Source: Burkholderiales bacterium (GTDB taxonomy: Bacteria > Pseudomonadota > Gammaproteobacteria > Burkholderiales > JAEUOS01). Taken from it: a stretch of 48,588 nt of DNA. Within the stretch, counting starts at the first letter, position 1. Each line of letters begins with the position of its first letter. Of this stretch, positions 25,417 to 34,147 are shown in pieces. Where the stretch lies: positions 1-48,588 of the forward strand of contig DATAZV010000384.1 of the NCBI GenBank assembly GCA_036271855.1, in the 5' to 3' direction. The notes below the pieces were generated by a model. That model was not told the DNA's origin and did no database searches. It saw nothing but the letters and a program-made list of their open reading frames with translations. A program made the translations under genes and the position numbers.

Positions 25417-27618
25417 ATGAAAATGACCAAACGACTTCGCATCGCCGTATGGGCCAGCATCAGCCTGGCGATCGCCATCGCCGCGCTCCTGTTCAACCTC
25501 TCCGCGCAGGAAGACCGCCGCGAAGTGCTCTCCCACGCCGGCGAGATCAGCGCCGCCGTCTCCGGCTCGCTCGAAGAGCAGGCCTCGGCCGCCCTGCGCG
25601 ACATCACCAACGGGCTGTTCGGCGCGCAGGCGGAAATCCGCAACATGGGCGGCATCGAGATGATGACCCAGGCCAACCTGCGCTACGCCATCGAGCGCGA
25701 GTTCCAGGACCACGCCAACATCGTCGACATCGTCTACCTGGCGATGGACGGCGAGGTGAAGGCGCACATCACCGACACCACCCTGCCGGCGCGCTACCCC
25801 GACGCCCTGGCCCTGCGCTACTACCGCGAGCACCCGGACGACACCGGCGCCCGCGCCCTGCGGCCGCTGTACGAATCGGTCAACCGCAAGTGGCTGCTGC
25901 CGGTGGCGGTGCCCGACTTCAACTACGCCGGCAAGATCGACGGCGTGCTGATCGCCCTGATCGACATCAACTACTTCCAGGCGGTCTATGCCCGCCTCAA
26001 TCCGCGCAAGGGCTGGGAATACACCCTGGCCACCGCGGAGGGCATCATCGTCGCCCGCTACCCGGCGCTCGACGAGGCGCCGCCCGAGCCGGTGGCCGGG
26101 GTAAACATCGGCGGCGAAACCCGGCCGCTGCGCTTTTTCCCGCAGGAAGCGCAAGCCCTGGGCCGGGTGCCGGAGGGCCAGGCCCACCAGTTCACCGCCG
26201 CCAACCCGGTCAGCGGGCGCGACACCATTTACGCGGCGCGGCGCCTGATGAGCCAGCCCTTCATCATGTATGTCGGCCTCGACCGCGAAGAGCACCTGCG
26301 CGAATGGCGCGCCCGCACCCTGGAAAAACTCCTCGGCCTGGCGCTGCTGGCGGCGGTGCTGCTGGCCTCCGCCGTGCTGCTGCTGCGCGCCATCAAGCGC
26401 GCCGCGCGCGACACCGAAATCACCAACGCGGTGATGCGCTGCGCCGGCGACTCCATCCTGATCAGCCGCGGCGCCGGCTTCACCGCCTGCAACGCCGCCG
26501 CGCTGAGCATGTACCGCGCGCGCTCGGCCGAAGAGCTGGTCGGCCGGCCGGTGGGCATCGTCTGCCCCGAGCGCCAGCCCGACGGCGCCGATTCCCTGCG
26601 GGTGATGCAGGACAAATACCGCCTCGCCGACAGCCACGGCGCCACCAGCTTCGAGTTCCAGGGCCGGCGCCTGGACGGCGAGCTGTTCACCGCCGAAATC
26701 AACCTCGCCATGTTCCAGGTCGAGGAGGAAACCTACTACCTCTGCGTCACCCGCGACATCACCGACCGCAAGCGCGCCGAGGAGGAAATCCGCCGCCTCA
26801 ACGTCGAACTGGAAAGCCGGGTGGCGCGGCGCACCGAGCAGCTTTCGCGCGCCAAGAGCCAGCTCGAAGCCTCCAACACCGAGCTGCAGGCCTTCAGCTA
26901 CTCGATCGCCCACGACATCCGCGCCCCGGTGCGCCACATCCTCGGCTTCACCGACATGATCCGGATGGACGAAGGCGCCGGCGCCTTCACCGAAAACGTC
27001 AACCAGCTGATCTCGCGCATCATCAAGTCGGGCCAGCGCATCAACGCGATGATCGACTCCCTGCTCAACCTGGGCAAGGTGAGCCAGAAAAACATGGTCG
27101 AGCAGGAATTCGACCTGGGCGAGATCGCCGATTCGGTGCTCGAAACCCTGCGCACGCGCGAGCCGGCGCGCGCCATCGACCTGAATGTCCACCGCGGCCT
27201 GCGCATCAAGGGCGACCCGGTGCTGATGCACATGGCGATGGAAAATCTGCTCAGCAACGCCTGGAAATTCACCGGCAAGACCGCCAATCCGGCGATCATC
27301 GTCGCCGCCGGCGAAGACGAAGCGGGCTGCCACTTTTTCGTCAGCGACAACGGCGCCGGCTTCGAGATGAAGCATGCGCACCGCCTGTTCGAACCCTTCG
27401 CGCGCATGCACAGCGCCGCCGAATTTCCCGGCACCGGCGTCGGCCTGGCCACGGTGCGGCGCATCGTCGCGCGCCATGGCGGCATCATCCGCGCCGAATC
27501 GGCGCCCGGGCGCGGCACCACCTTCTACCTCGCCTTCGGCGCGCGCGATGCCCGCGTCTACGCCCGCGCGCGCGAGCCGGAGGGCGGCCTGCCGCAAGAG
27601 GCCGCCACCGCGGACTGA
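25417..27618 (+). CDS. Sensor histidine kinase with a Cache-like periplasmic domain, PAS, HisKA, HATPase_c (733 aa)
   Basis: TM1, then a ~290-aa extracytoplasmic region with Cache-like blocks (WLLPVAVPDFNYAGKIDGVLIALIDINYF), then TM2. PAS (ITDRKRAEEEI boundary), H-box FSYSIAHDIRAPVR, N-box LLSNAWKFT, and DNGAGF / GTGVGLA. Confidence 0.9.
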   Translation: MKMTKRLRIAVWASISLAIAIAALLFNLSAQEDRREVLSHAGEISAAVSGSLEEQASAALRDITNGLFGAQAEIRNMGGIEMMTQANLRYAIEREFQDHANIVDIVYLAMDGEVKAHITDTTLPARYPDALALRYYREHPDDTGARALRPLYESVNRKWLLPVAVPDFNYAGKIDGVLIALIDINYFQAVYARLNPRKGWEYTLATAEGIIVARYPALDEAPPEPVAGVNIGGETRPLRFFPQEAQALGRVPEGQAHQFTAANPVSGRDTIYAARRLMSQPFIMYVGLDREEHLREWRARTLEKLLGLALLAAVLLASAVLLLRAIKRAARDTEITNAVMRCAGDSILISRGAGFTACNAAALSMYRARSAEELVGRPVGIVCPERQPDGADSLRVMQDKYRLADSHGATSFEFQGRRLDGELFTAEINLAMFQVEEETYYLCVTRDITDRKRAEEEIRRLNVELESRVARRTEQLSRAKSQLEASNTELQAFSYSIAHDIRAPVRHILGFTDMIRMDEGAGAFTENVNQLISRIIKSGQRINAMIDSLLNLGKVSQKNMVEQEFDLGEIADSVLETLRTREPARAIDLNVHRGLRIKGDPVLMHMAMENLLSNAWKFTGKTANPAIIVAAGEDEAGCHFFVSDNGAGFEMKHAHRLFEPFARMHSAAEFPGTGVGLATVRRIVARHGGIIRAESAPGRGTTFYLAFGARDARVYARAREPEGGLPQEAATAD

Positions 27619-27804
27619 AACGGCACTACGCCCGATTTGCCGTCCGGCGTTTCCCGCGCGGCGCAATCGCAGCGGGGAATGGAAGCGGGGAATTGAAACG
27701 GGAAATTGCAGGCCGGCGGGCGCGTGCCGCCCGGGACTACAATCCGCGCTACCTCGCCCCTTGTTCAACCGGATTCACCTGATCCCCACCACCGGCTGCC
27801 GCGC

Positions 27805-28269
27805 GTGAAAATCCACAACGTCAAATCCTGGGCCCCCACCGGCGCATCGCGCTGGGTGGACACCCTGGCCATTTTCCTGCTGGCGCTTTTCACCCGCATG
27901 AGCCTGCAGCCGCTGCTCGATGCCCACTTTCCGCTGCTGGCCTTCAGCATTGCGACGCTGTATATCCACTACAGGTACGGCCTGGCCCCCGCCATCGTCA
28001 CCGCGATCGCCGCCTTTCCGGCGGCAATTTATTTTTTCATCCCGCCCTATGGCGAATTCGACATCGCCGCGCCGGAAGACGTGCAGACCGCGATCGCCTA
28101 TGGCCTGCTCATCGCCGCCTTCATGTTCACCATCCAGCGCCTGCGCCGGGCGCAATACCGCGCGGAACTATTGGCCGACGTCGCCGAATCGCGCTACCTC
28201 ATGCTGCTGCAATCGGAAGACGATCGCCAGGCCGTCGAGCGCGACCTGAAGGAGCGCGGCTCGCCTTGA
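27805..28269 (+). CDS. Stand-alone DUF4118-like membrane domain protein (~154 aa)
   Basis: Resembles the KdpD-type sensor membrane module (RWVDTLAIFLLALFTRMSLQPLL..., 4 TM) followed by a short coiled coil. It has no kinase core. A GTG start is assumed. Confidence 0.55.
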   Translation: MKIHNVKSWAPTGASRWVDTLAIFLLALFTRMSLQPLLDAHFPLLAFSIATLYIHYRYGLAPAIVTAIAAFPAAIYFFIPPYGEFDIAAPEDVQTAIAYGLLIAAFMFTIQRLRRAQYRAELLADVAESRYLMLLQSEDDRQAVERDLKERGSP

Positions 28270-28417
28270 GCGGCGCGGCCCGCGCGCCCTTTCGTTGCCT
28301 GTCGGAGGCGTCCTCCGCGGATTAACAAAAGCGCTGACGCCAATGTAGGAAGGGGCCGATAGTTGCGCGGCGGCGGATCAGGCAACGTGAGGGCATATCG
28401 AATCCGAGCGCCCCGCC

Positions 28418-28789
28418 ATGCCCTTCGAACAAAATTCCGCCGACCGGCCCCTGATCAGAGGCCTGGAAGACGTAAACAGCGCGGTACGGGTGGTTCATGC
28501 CGCCTGGAACCACTTTTCCCAATGGCAGGAGATCGGCGGCCGCTGCGCGATGACCGCCCGGCAATTGCTGATCGCCCGCGAACTGCTGATCGAAGCCATC
28601 GAAGGCTGGGCTCTTGCCATCAGCCGGCTGCTTGGCCTGGCGCGTGAAAGAGACGGGTTCGAGGCATTGAGCGAAAGCCTGGAAGGCTCGCTGTGCCGCG
28701 CGGGAGTCTACCTGCGCGCGATGTCGGCCGTTGCCGGCCCCGGCGGGACGGATTTCTCCGTGGCCGGTCAGCGGGCTTACCGGGAGTAG
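28418..28789 (+). CDS. Hypothetical protein (123 aa)
   Basis: ATG-initiated frame with moderate G/C third-position bias and helical-looking, non-repetitive sequence. The competing minus-strand ORF 28322..28999 has shadow-like composition. Confidence 0.5.
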   Translation: MPFEQNSADRPLIRGLEDVNSAVRVVHAAWNHFSQWQEIGGRCAMTARQLLIARELLIEAIEGWALAISRLLGLARERDGFEALSESLEGSLCRAGVYLRAMSAVAGPGGTDFSVAGQRAYRE

Positions 28790-28871
28790 CCGGCGCGGAC
28801 GATCAAGCAGTGGCACCGCCGCATTGCCGGCAATTCGGCATAATGTCTGCCGGGCAATGGAGCAAGGCGAC

Positions 28872-29954
28872 ATGCGCAAACTCGGCGGGCTGGTGATCGG
28901 ATTGGGCATGGCGCTGCTGGCGGCCAACGGCGCGCCGGCGGCGGAAATCAGGAGTTGGCCCGGGCAGGCCGAAAGCGATTTCATCATCCGCGACTTCAAA
29001 TTCGCCAGCGGCGAAACCCTGCCGGAACTGAAGATCCACTACACCACGCTGGGCACGCCCAGGCGCAACAACCAGGGCGAGGTGCTCAACGCGGTGCTGC
29101 TGCTGCACGGCACCAGCGGCACCGGCCGCAACTGGCTGCAGCCGGCCTCGGCCGACGAGTTGTTCGGCAACGGCCAGGCGCTGGACGCATCGCAATACTT
29201 CATCATCCTGCCCGACGGCATCGGGCGCGGCGGCTCAAGCAAGCCGAGCAACGGCCTGCGCATGCAGTTTCCGCATTACCGCTACCGCGACATCGTCGAG
29301 GCCGAGCACCGCCTGGTCATTGAAGGTTTAAAAATTCCGCACCTGCGCCTGGTGCTGGGCGCCTCGATGGGCGGCATGCACTGCTGGATGTGGGCCGAGA
29401 TGTACCCCGGCCTGATGGATGCGGTGGTGCCCATCGCCAGCCAGCCGGTGGCGGTGACCGGGCGCAACTGGCTGTATCGCAAGATCGGCATCGAAGCCAT
29501 CCGCCACGACCCGGACTGGAACAACGGCAACTACGCCAAGAACCCGTCGCACTATATCTACACCGCGCCCTTCAGCTCGCTGATGACCGAAAGCCCGGTG
29601 CGCCTGGGCGAGGTCGGCGCCACCCGCGAAGCCGCCGACGCGCAATACCGGCGCTGGGTCGAGGCGGTGAGCAAGAGCGACGCCAACGACACCCTCTACG
29701 CCACCGAAGCGGTGATGGACTACGACCCGGCGGCCGATATCGGCAAAATCCGCGCGCGCCTGCTGGCAATCAATTTCGCCGACGACGAAGTCAACCCGCC
29801 GGAACTGCACACCGTCGAGCCGGCCGTCGCCAGGCTCCCCAATGCCCGCTACGTGCTGATCCCCGCGAGCGAAAAAACCCACGGCCACTTCACCTACAAC
29901 CTGGCGGCGACGTGGCAGGCCCACCTGGCGGAGTTCATGAAGGCGCTGCCGTAA
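28872..29954 (+). CDS. Secreted alpha/beta hydrolase, MetX/homoserine-acetyltransferase-like fold family
   Basis: MRKLGGLVIGLGMALLAANGAPAA signal peptide (alternative ATG at 28857). LLLHGTSGTG, nucleophile elbow GASMGG, and the C-terminal ...IPASEKTHGH. Confidence 0.8.
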   Translation: MRKLGGLVIGLGMALLAANGAPAAEIRSWPGQAESDFIIRDFKFASGETLPELKIHYTTLGTPRRNNQGEVLNAVLLLHGTSGTGRNWLQPASADELFGNGQALDASQYFIILPDGIGRGGSSKPSNGLRMQFPHYRYRDIVEAEHRLVIEGLKIPHLRLVLGASMGGMHCWMWAEMYPGLMDAVVPIASQPVAVTGRNWLYRKIGIEAIRHDPDWNNGNYAKNPSHYIYTAPFSSLMTESPVRLGEVGATREAADAQYRRWVEAVSKSDANDTLYATEAVMDYDPAADIGKIRARLLAINFADDEVNPPELHTVEPAVARLPNARYVLIPASEKTHGHFTYNLAATWQAHLAEFMKALP

Positions 29955-29977
29955 GCCGGAGTAGGGAGGATGCATAG

Positions 29978-31474
29978 ATGAGCGAGCCTGACGACGCCGG
30001 ACCCATGCTGGACCTTGCCCGCTCCTATATGGCGATGGGCGACAGCGAAGGGGCGCGCGCGTTGCTGGAGGAGCTCGCCGCGCAAGGCGTCGACGAGGCC
30101 AGGCGCATGCTCGAACCGGCCGCTGCAAACAGGCCAACGGAAAGCGACGAACACGCCGCACTGGAGCCGCGGGCCAAAGCCGGCGACGCCCAAGCGCAGT
30201 ATCTGCTGGGGCACTACTACCAGCGCTCGCTGGGGAGGGCAGGGCATTTGGACCTGGCGATCCACTGGTGGTCGGCCGCCGCCCGGCAGGGCCACCTGGA
30301 CGCCATGGCGGGTCTCGGCGAATTGCTCGAGCGCCACAGCCGTGGTGAACCGGAACGGGCGCAGCAGGGCCTGGCGTGGTTGCGCCGCGCCGCCGATGCG
30401 GGACACGCGCAAGCGCAACACCGGCTGGGAGTCCAATTGGCCAGCGGTGGGGAACCGGCGAATTTTCCGCAGGCAATCGGCTATCTGCAGCAGGCTGCGC
30501 AACAGGGGCTTCCTGAAGCCGCCTACGACATCGGATGCGTGTTGCTTGACCCGGAGAATCCACAAGCCGACCCCGCGCAAGGACTTGCATGGCTGCACCA
30601 GGGCGCAAATGCCGGTTCCATCCCGGCGTTGCAAATGCTGGCGCGGATTCATCTCCAGAAAGGCAAGCCGCTGCACGATCGGCGCAAGGCCGCCGGATAC
30701 CTGGAGCAGGCCGCCGGCCTGGGGGATTACGCGGCATGCCTCGAACTCGGCAACCTGCTTCGCTCGGGCATCGACGGTGACCCCGACTTCGATGGCGCGG
30801 AACGCTGGCTGCTGGAGGCGCAAAAGGACGACCAATCCGGCGCTGCCGGACGCAAATTGCGGCAGTTGTACCAGGAGGCCGCATTGCAAACCTCGGACCC
30901 TTCCAGCAAAAGCGTCTGGCTGCGCAAGGGCGCGCAAGCGGGCGATGAACTTTGCATGGTGCAGCTGGGCGCGGCGCTGCTGGCTGCCGACCCGGCCGCG
31001 GCCGCCCGCTGGTTCCAGGGTGCCGCCGCCCAGGGAGATTTTTCCGCGATGGTGAGCCTGGCCGATTTGTACAGCCAGGGGCTCGGCGTGCCGCACGACC
31101 CGTGGTCCGCGACATTCTGGCGCGGCGAGGCGGCGCGCCGCCAATCCGCGGACGACGACGCGGAACCGATGAAGGTGCCGCGCGGGACAGGGTTGGCGAT
31201 TCCCGCGCCGACGGACGGACCGCCTATCGCGGACACTGGAAAACCTGCCGTCGAACTGGGCTTAAGCTTCGGCTGGCGCCGCGAAACCGGCGGACTCCTG
31301 ACCAGCGAGAGCGGCTATGTCCTGTTCGAGCATCGATGCAAGGGAGTCGAATTTGCGCCTGGCCTGTACAAGCTGGTCGCCGCACCTCCCGAAGCCACCG
31401 GACTCAAGGCCGGAGACCTGGTCAGGACGGCAAATGGTTACGGCGGCAAACCTTATATCGTCGAGGTGGTCTGA
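29978..31474 (+). CDS. Sel1-like repeat (SLR/TPR) protein with an N-terminal FimV-C-terminal-type motif
   Basis: MLDLARSYMAMGDSEGARALLEELAAQG matches the FimV C-terminal motif from memory. At least 6 Sel1-type repeats follow (AQYLLGHYY, AMAGLGELL, AQHRLGVQL, AAYDIGCVLL, ALQMLARIHL, CMVQLGAALL, AMVSLADLYSQGLGVP), then a ~100-aa unassigned tail. Confidence 0.75.
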   Translation: MSEPDDAGPMLDLARSYMAMGDSEGARALLEELAAQGVDEARRMLEPAAANRPTESDEHAALEPRAKAGDAQAQYLLGHYYQRSLGRAGHLDLAIHWWSAAARQGHLDAMAGLGELLERHSRGEPERAQQGLAWLRRAADAGHAQAQHRLGVQLASGGEPANFPQAIGYLQQAAQQGLPEAAYDIGCVLLDPENPQADPAQGLAWLHQGANAGSIPALQMLARIHLQKGKPLHDRRKAAGYLEQAAGLGDYAACLELGNLLRSGIDGDPDFDGAERWLLEAQKDDQSGAAGRKLRQLYQEAALQTSDPSSKSVWLRKGAQAGDELCMVQLGAALLAADPAAAARWFQGAAAQGDFSAMVSLADLYSQGLGVPHDPWSATFWRGEAARRQSADDDAEPMKVPRGTGLAIPAPTDGPPIADTGKPAVELGLSFGWRRETGGLLTSESGYVLFEHRCKGVEFAPGLYKLVAAPPEATGLKAGDLVRTANGYGGKPYIVEVV

Positions 31475-31506
31475 TTCATTAATTGAAGGGATCTAATTGA
31501 GGGGGG

Positions 31507-31569
31507 CAGTCTCGAATATTTTTTCCAGATCCGCAAGCTTGAGAATTATTCCGATCCAGCCCGCTTTTA
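31507..31569. repeat. Dispersed ~55-60-bp intergenic repeat, copy A
   Basis: cgaatattttttcc-agatccgcaagcttgagaat-tattccgatccagcccgctttta. It shares an identical 14-mer and two further blocks with copy B. Confidence 0.7.
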
Positions 31570-31599
31570 TTTCCATTGCCCCGGACTCTCCCGCAAGCC

Positions 31600-32358
31600 A
31601 TGCATTTCATTCCTGTTGTCCGCCTGCTCGCGGTGGCCGCCGCGCTTTTCGCGGAAATGGCATGGGCCGGGGGCGGCCCACCGATGATCACCGACGACCC
31701 GGGCACACCGGGCAACGGGAACTGGGAAATCAATCTCGCGGCCGTCACCAGCCGCACGGCGGGCGAAACCGACGCCGAGCTGCCCCTGGCCGACTTCAAC
31801 TACGGCGTCGGGGAGCGCCTGCAACTCAAATTCGAGATGCCCTGGGCCGTGCAAGACCGGGGCGGCAGCTACCGCAGCGGCGCCGGCAATGCCTTGGCCG
31901 GGGTGAAATGGCGTTTCTACGACGGCGGCGAAAATGCCTGGCAGGTGTCCACTTATCCCCAGATCGAGTTCCGCACGCCGGTATCCAGTTTCACCCACGC
32001 CAACCTGGCCGACAGCGGCACCAGCCACCTGGTCCCGCTGCAATTCATGCGCACCTTCAAGGGTTTCGATATCAATTTCGACATCGGACGCTGGTTTCGC
32101 CCCGGCGCGCGGCCCGACACCTGGACCGCGGGATTCGCCCTTACCCGTGAGGTCCGCAAGGGCTTCGAACTGATCGCCGAGGTGCATGAGGAGATGGCCG
32201 TTCATCAATCCCAGGAAGAACTGATCCTCAATTTCGGCGCCCGTTACGACTTTTCCCCGCGCTACACACTGTTGCTATCCGCCGGCCGTGATTTGCGCAA
32301 CACGCTCGCCGGCACGAACACGCTGCTTTCGTACATCGGCTTGCAGGTCCACTATTGA
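31600..32358 (+). CDS. Outer-membrane beta-barrel protein (MetA-pathway / transporter-like family), 252 aa
   Basis: MHFIPVVRLLAVAAALFAEMAWA signal peptide, alternating-hydrophobicity strands, and a C-terminal ...LLSYIGLQVHY with a terminal aromatic residue. Confidence 0.7.
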   Translation: MHFIPVVRLLAVAAALFAEMAWAGGGPPMITDDPGTPGNGNWEINLAAVTSRTAGETDAELPLADFNYGVGERLQLKFEMPWAVQDRGGSYRSGAGNALAGVKWRFYDGGENAWQVSTYPQIEFRTPVSSFTHANLADSGTSHLVPLQFMRTFKGFDINFDIGRWFRPGARPDTWTAGFALTREVRKGFELIAEVHEEMAVHQSQEELILNFGARYDFSPRYTLLLSAGRDLRNTLAGTNTLLSYIGLQVHY

Positions 32359-32369
32359 TCCGATAGCGG

Positions 32370-32442
32370 AAAAAAGGCGCCTGGCCCGAATATTTTTTCC
32401 GTGCCCCCGAGCTTGAAAATCATATCGAGCCCGGCCCCTTTA
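32370..32442. repeat. Dispersed intergenic repeat, copy B
   Basis: aaaaaaggcgcctggcc-cgaatattttttcc-gtgcccccgagcttgaaaat-catatcgagcccggccccttta. The left half matches copy C and the right half matches copy A. Confidence 0.7.
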
Positions 32443-32471
32443 GTTCGCAATTCGCCAATGCGCCCGCAAAC

Positions 32472-32894
32472 TCACGCGGCGTCCCAAGGGTTGATCAGGT
32501 CAACGCCTGACCCTCCAAAATCCGCGACATTGCGCGTCACCACCTGCATGCGATGCACCAACGCGGTGGCGGCGATCAAACCGTCACGCACCGGACCCAT
32601 GTCGGGCACATGCAAGCTTGCGCTGCGGCGGGCGACGGCAATGTCGATCGGCAGCACGCGTCCGCTGAACGCGGGAACGACTTGTTGTTCAAACCAGGCG
32701 CGCAGGATCGCGCCCTGTGGCGGATCGCGCCGCTCCATCAGAAGCACGCCGATCTCCAGTTCCTGCAGGGTGATGACGCTAAGATAAAGGTCGGCGGCGT
32801 CCACACTCCCGGCCCAGCGCGCCACGTTGGCATCGGCGCGTCCGCTGCGCACTTTGCGCAGTTCGGAAACGACATTGGTGTCGAGCAGATACAT
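32472..32894 (-). CDS. vapC: PIN-domain ribonuclease toxin, VapC/FitB type
   Basis: MYLLDTNVVSELRK...(first acidic residue)...ITLQELEIG...DGLIAATALVH...VVTRNVADF, the canonical PIN acidic quartet context. Confidence 0.95.
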   Translation of the reverse strand: MYLLDTNVVSELRKVRSGRADANVARWAGSVDAADLYLSVITLQELEIGVLLMERRDPPQGAILRAWFEQQVVPAFSGRVLPIDIAVARRSASLHVPDMGPVRDGLIAATALVHRMQVVTRNVADFGGSGVDLINPWDAA

Positions 32895-32919
32895 CGGCGG
32901 GCGAATGCGCCTGGGCCGT

Positions 32920-33174
32920 TCAGTTCAGGTCAGCCGCCTGGGCCGGATCGCGCGCGCGCGGAAATTCCGGTTCGATATCTTCAGCGCCCGACATGGCAAG
33001 CAGGTCGGCGATATTGACGCGCGTGCCCGTGAGCTTTTTGTAGGCCTCGAAAGTGAGCAGCACATGCGCCGGCCGGCCGCGATCGGTGATGATGAGCGGC
33101 CCTTGCTCGGCAGCCTTTTTGGCGCCGCTGGCGTCCTGGTTGAATTGACGGCTGGTGTAGGTAAGTTGAGTCAT
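32920..33174 (-). CDS. Phd/YefM-type antitoxin partner of VapC
   Basis: 84 aa. SRQFNQDASGAKKAAEQGPLIITDRGRPAHVLLTFEAYKKL is a typical Phd/YefM N-terminal fold. It ends 25 nt upstream of vapC on the same strand. Confidence 0.9.
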   Translation of the reverse strand: MTQLTYTSRQFNQDASGAKKAAEQGPLIITDRGRPAHVLLTFEAYKKLTGTRVNIADLLAMSGAEDIEPEFPRARDPAQAADLN

Positions 33175-33203
33175 GGTTTATCGCACCTCGCTGTGTCCAA
33201 CAA

Positions 33204-33256
33204 TGTAGATATGTTACTACTAATGAGGTATCGAGTAAAGTGTCTACATATCTACA
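33204..33256. promoter_or_regulatory. Candidate TA operator/promoter: inverted repeat tgtagatatg ... catatctaca in an A/T-rich pocket
   Basis: Perfect 10-bp inverted repeat spaced 33 bp apart, immediately upstream of the antitoxin start. The surrounding 33175-33320 is conspicuously A/T-rich. Confidence 0.5.
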
Positions 33257-33323
33257 ATAAATGTATATAAAAAATATGCAACAAAACAGATACTTACAGC
33301 AATGAATGCCGCGGGTGGGGTGT

Positions 33324-34067
33324 TTATGATTTATTGAGGGGCCGCGGGCGTTCCAGGATAGCCACCATCTCGCGGTAGCCGCGCGCTCGCGCCAGCGCCA
33401 GCGGCGTCTTGCCATCACGATCAGCCAACTCGGTTCCCGCCCCGGCATCGACCAGCGCCCTGAGGGCGGCGGTATGGCGCGCGCCCCCGTCACCGAGCAC
33501 GATGGATTCTATTACCGCCGTCCAGCCCAGCGTGTTGACATGGTCGAGCGGCGCGCCCGCGGCGATCAGCACCTTCACCACCTCGGCATGGCCCAGGTGG
33601 GCAGCGGCGATCAGCGCGGTGCCGTCCCAGCGGCTGGTGATGTTCTTGGCGCTGCCGCCCAGGGCCAGCGCTTCCTTCAGGGTGGGCACGTCGTCGGCAA
33701 CGGCGGCGATGGTGACGATGTCGTAGCGGCCCGACTCCAGCGCGTTGGGGTTGGCGCCGCCCGCCACCAGGGCGCGCATCGCCTCGATATGCTTCAGGTG
33801 CGCAGCCACGTGCAGCGCGGTGCGGCCATGGCCGTCGCGCGCATCGACCGGCGCGCCGCCTGCCAGCAGGGTCTTGATGCGCGCGGCGTCACCCGTGGCG
33901 GCCGCTGCGAACAGGCCGGCGTATTGCGCCTGCTCCACGGCTGAAGGCGGCACTTGCGCGGCCGCCTCGCCCGCCAGGACGCCGAGCAAGCCCGGCAACA
34001 AGCAGCCGAGCAGCGCCGCCGCGCGTGCGCGCGCGAGAGTTGATTCTTGCCGGTCTTTTTTGATCAT
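33324..34067 (-). CDS. Secreted ankyrin-repeat protein
   Basis: Signal peptide (...LLGVLAGEAAA|Q) followed by about 5 ANK repeats (GRTALHVAAHLKHIEAMRALVAGGANPN; GTALIAAAHLGHAEVVKVLIAAGAPLD; GKTPLALARARGYREMVAIL). Confidence 0.9.
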   Translation of the reverse strand: MIKKDRQESTLARARAAALLGCLLPGLLGVLAGEAAAQVPPSAVEQAQYAGLFAAAATGDAARIKTLLAGGAPVDARDGHGRTALHVAAHLKHIEAMRALVAGGANPNALESGRYDIVTIAAVADDVPTLKEALALGGSAKNITSRWDGTALIAAAHLGHAEVVKVLIAAGAPLDHVNTLGWTAVIESIVLGDGGARHTAALRALVDAGAGTELADRDGKTPLALARARGYREMVAILERPRPLNKS

Positions 34068-34147
34068 CACATTGGCATTGCCGGTTCAGCCGGCACTTTC
34101 CCTGGCCGAATTATCTCAGCGAGCGAGCGTACGGTGTTGATAGGATT

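Noticed and set aside
25243-27782. 841-aa minus-strand and 777-aa plus-strand ORFs overlapping the Cache/PAS kinase gene
   Set aside because: Only the 25417..27618 frame shows kinase motifs and sensible hydrophobic segments. The others are Arg/Gly/Ala/Pro-rich shadows.
28811-28827. Second sigma-54-like element TGGCACCGCCGCATTGC upstream of the secreted hydrolase gene
   Set aside because: The GG-to-GC spacing is 14 nt instead of the canonical 12, and sigma-54 promoters tolerate almost no spacing change. No UAS or IHF site accompanies it.
28322-28999. 225-aa minus ORF opposite the 123-aa ORF and the hydrolase start
   Set aside because: Ser/Pro/Ala/Arg-rich shadow-like translation that overlaps two better-supported plus-strand ORFs.
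29328-31144. 595-aa and 416-aa minus-strand ORFs opposite the hydrolase and Sel1 genes
   Set aside because: Shadow ORFs with Arg/Pro-rich composition. The plus-strand frames contain clear hydrolase and Sel1 motifs.
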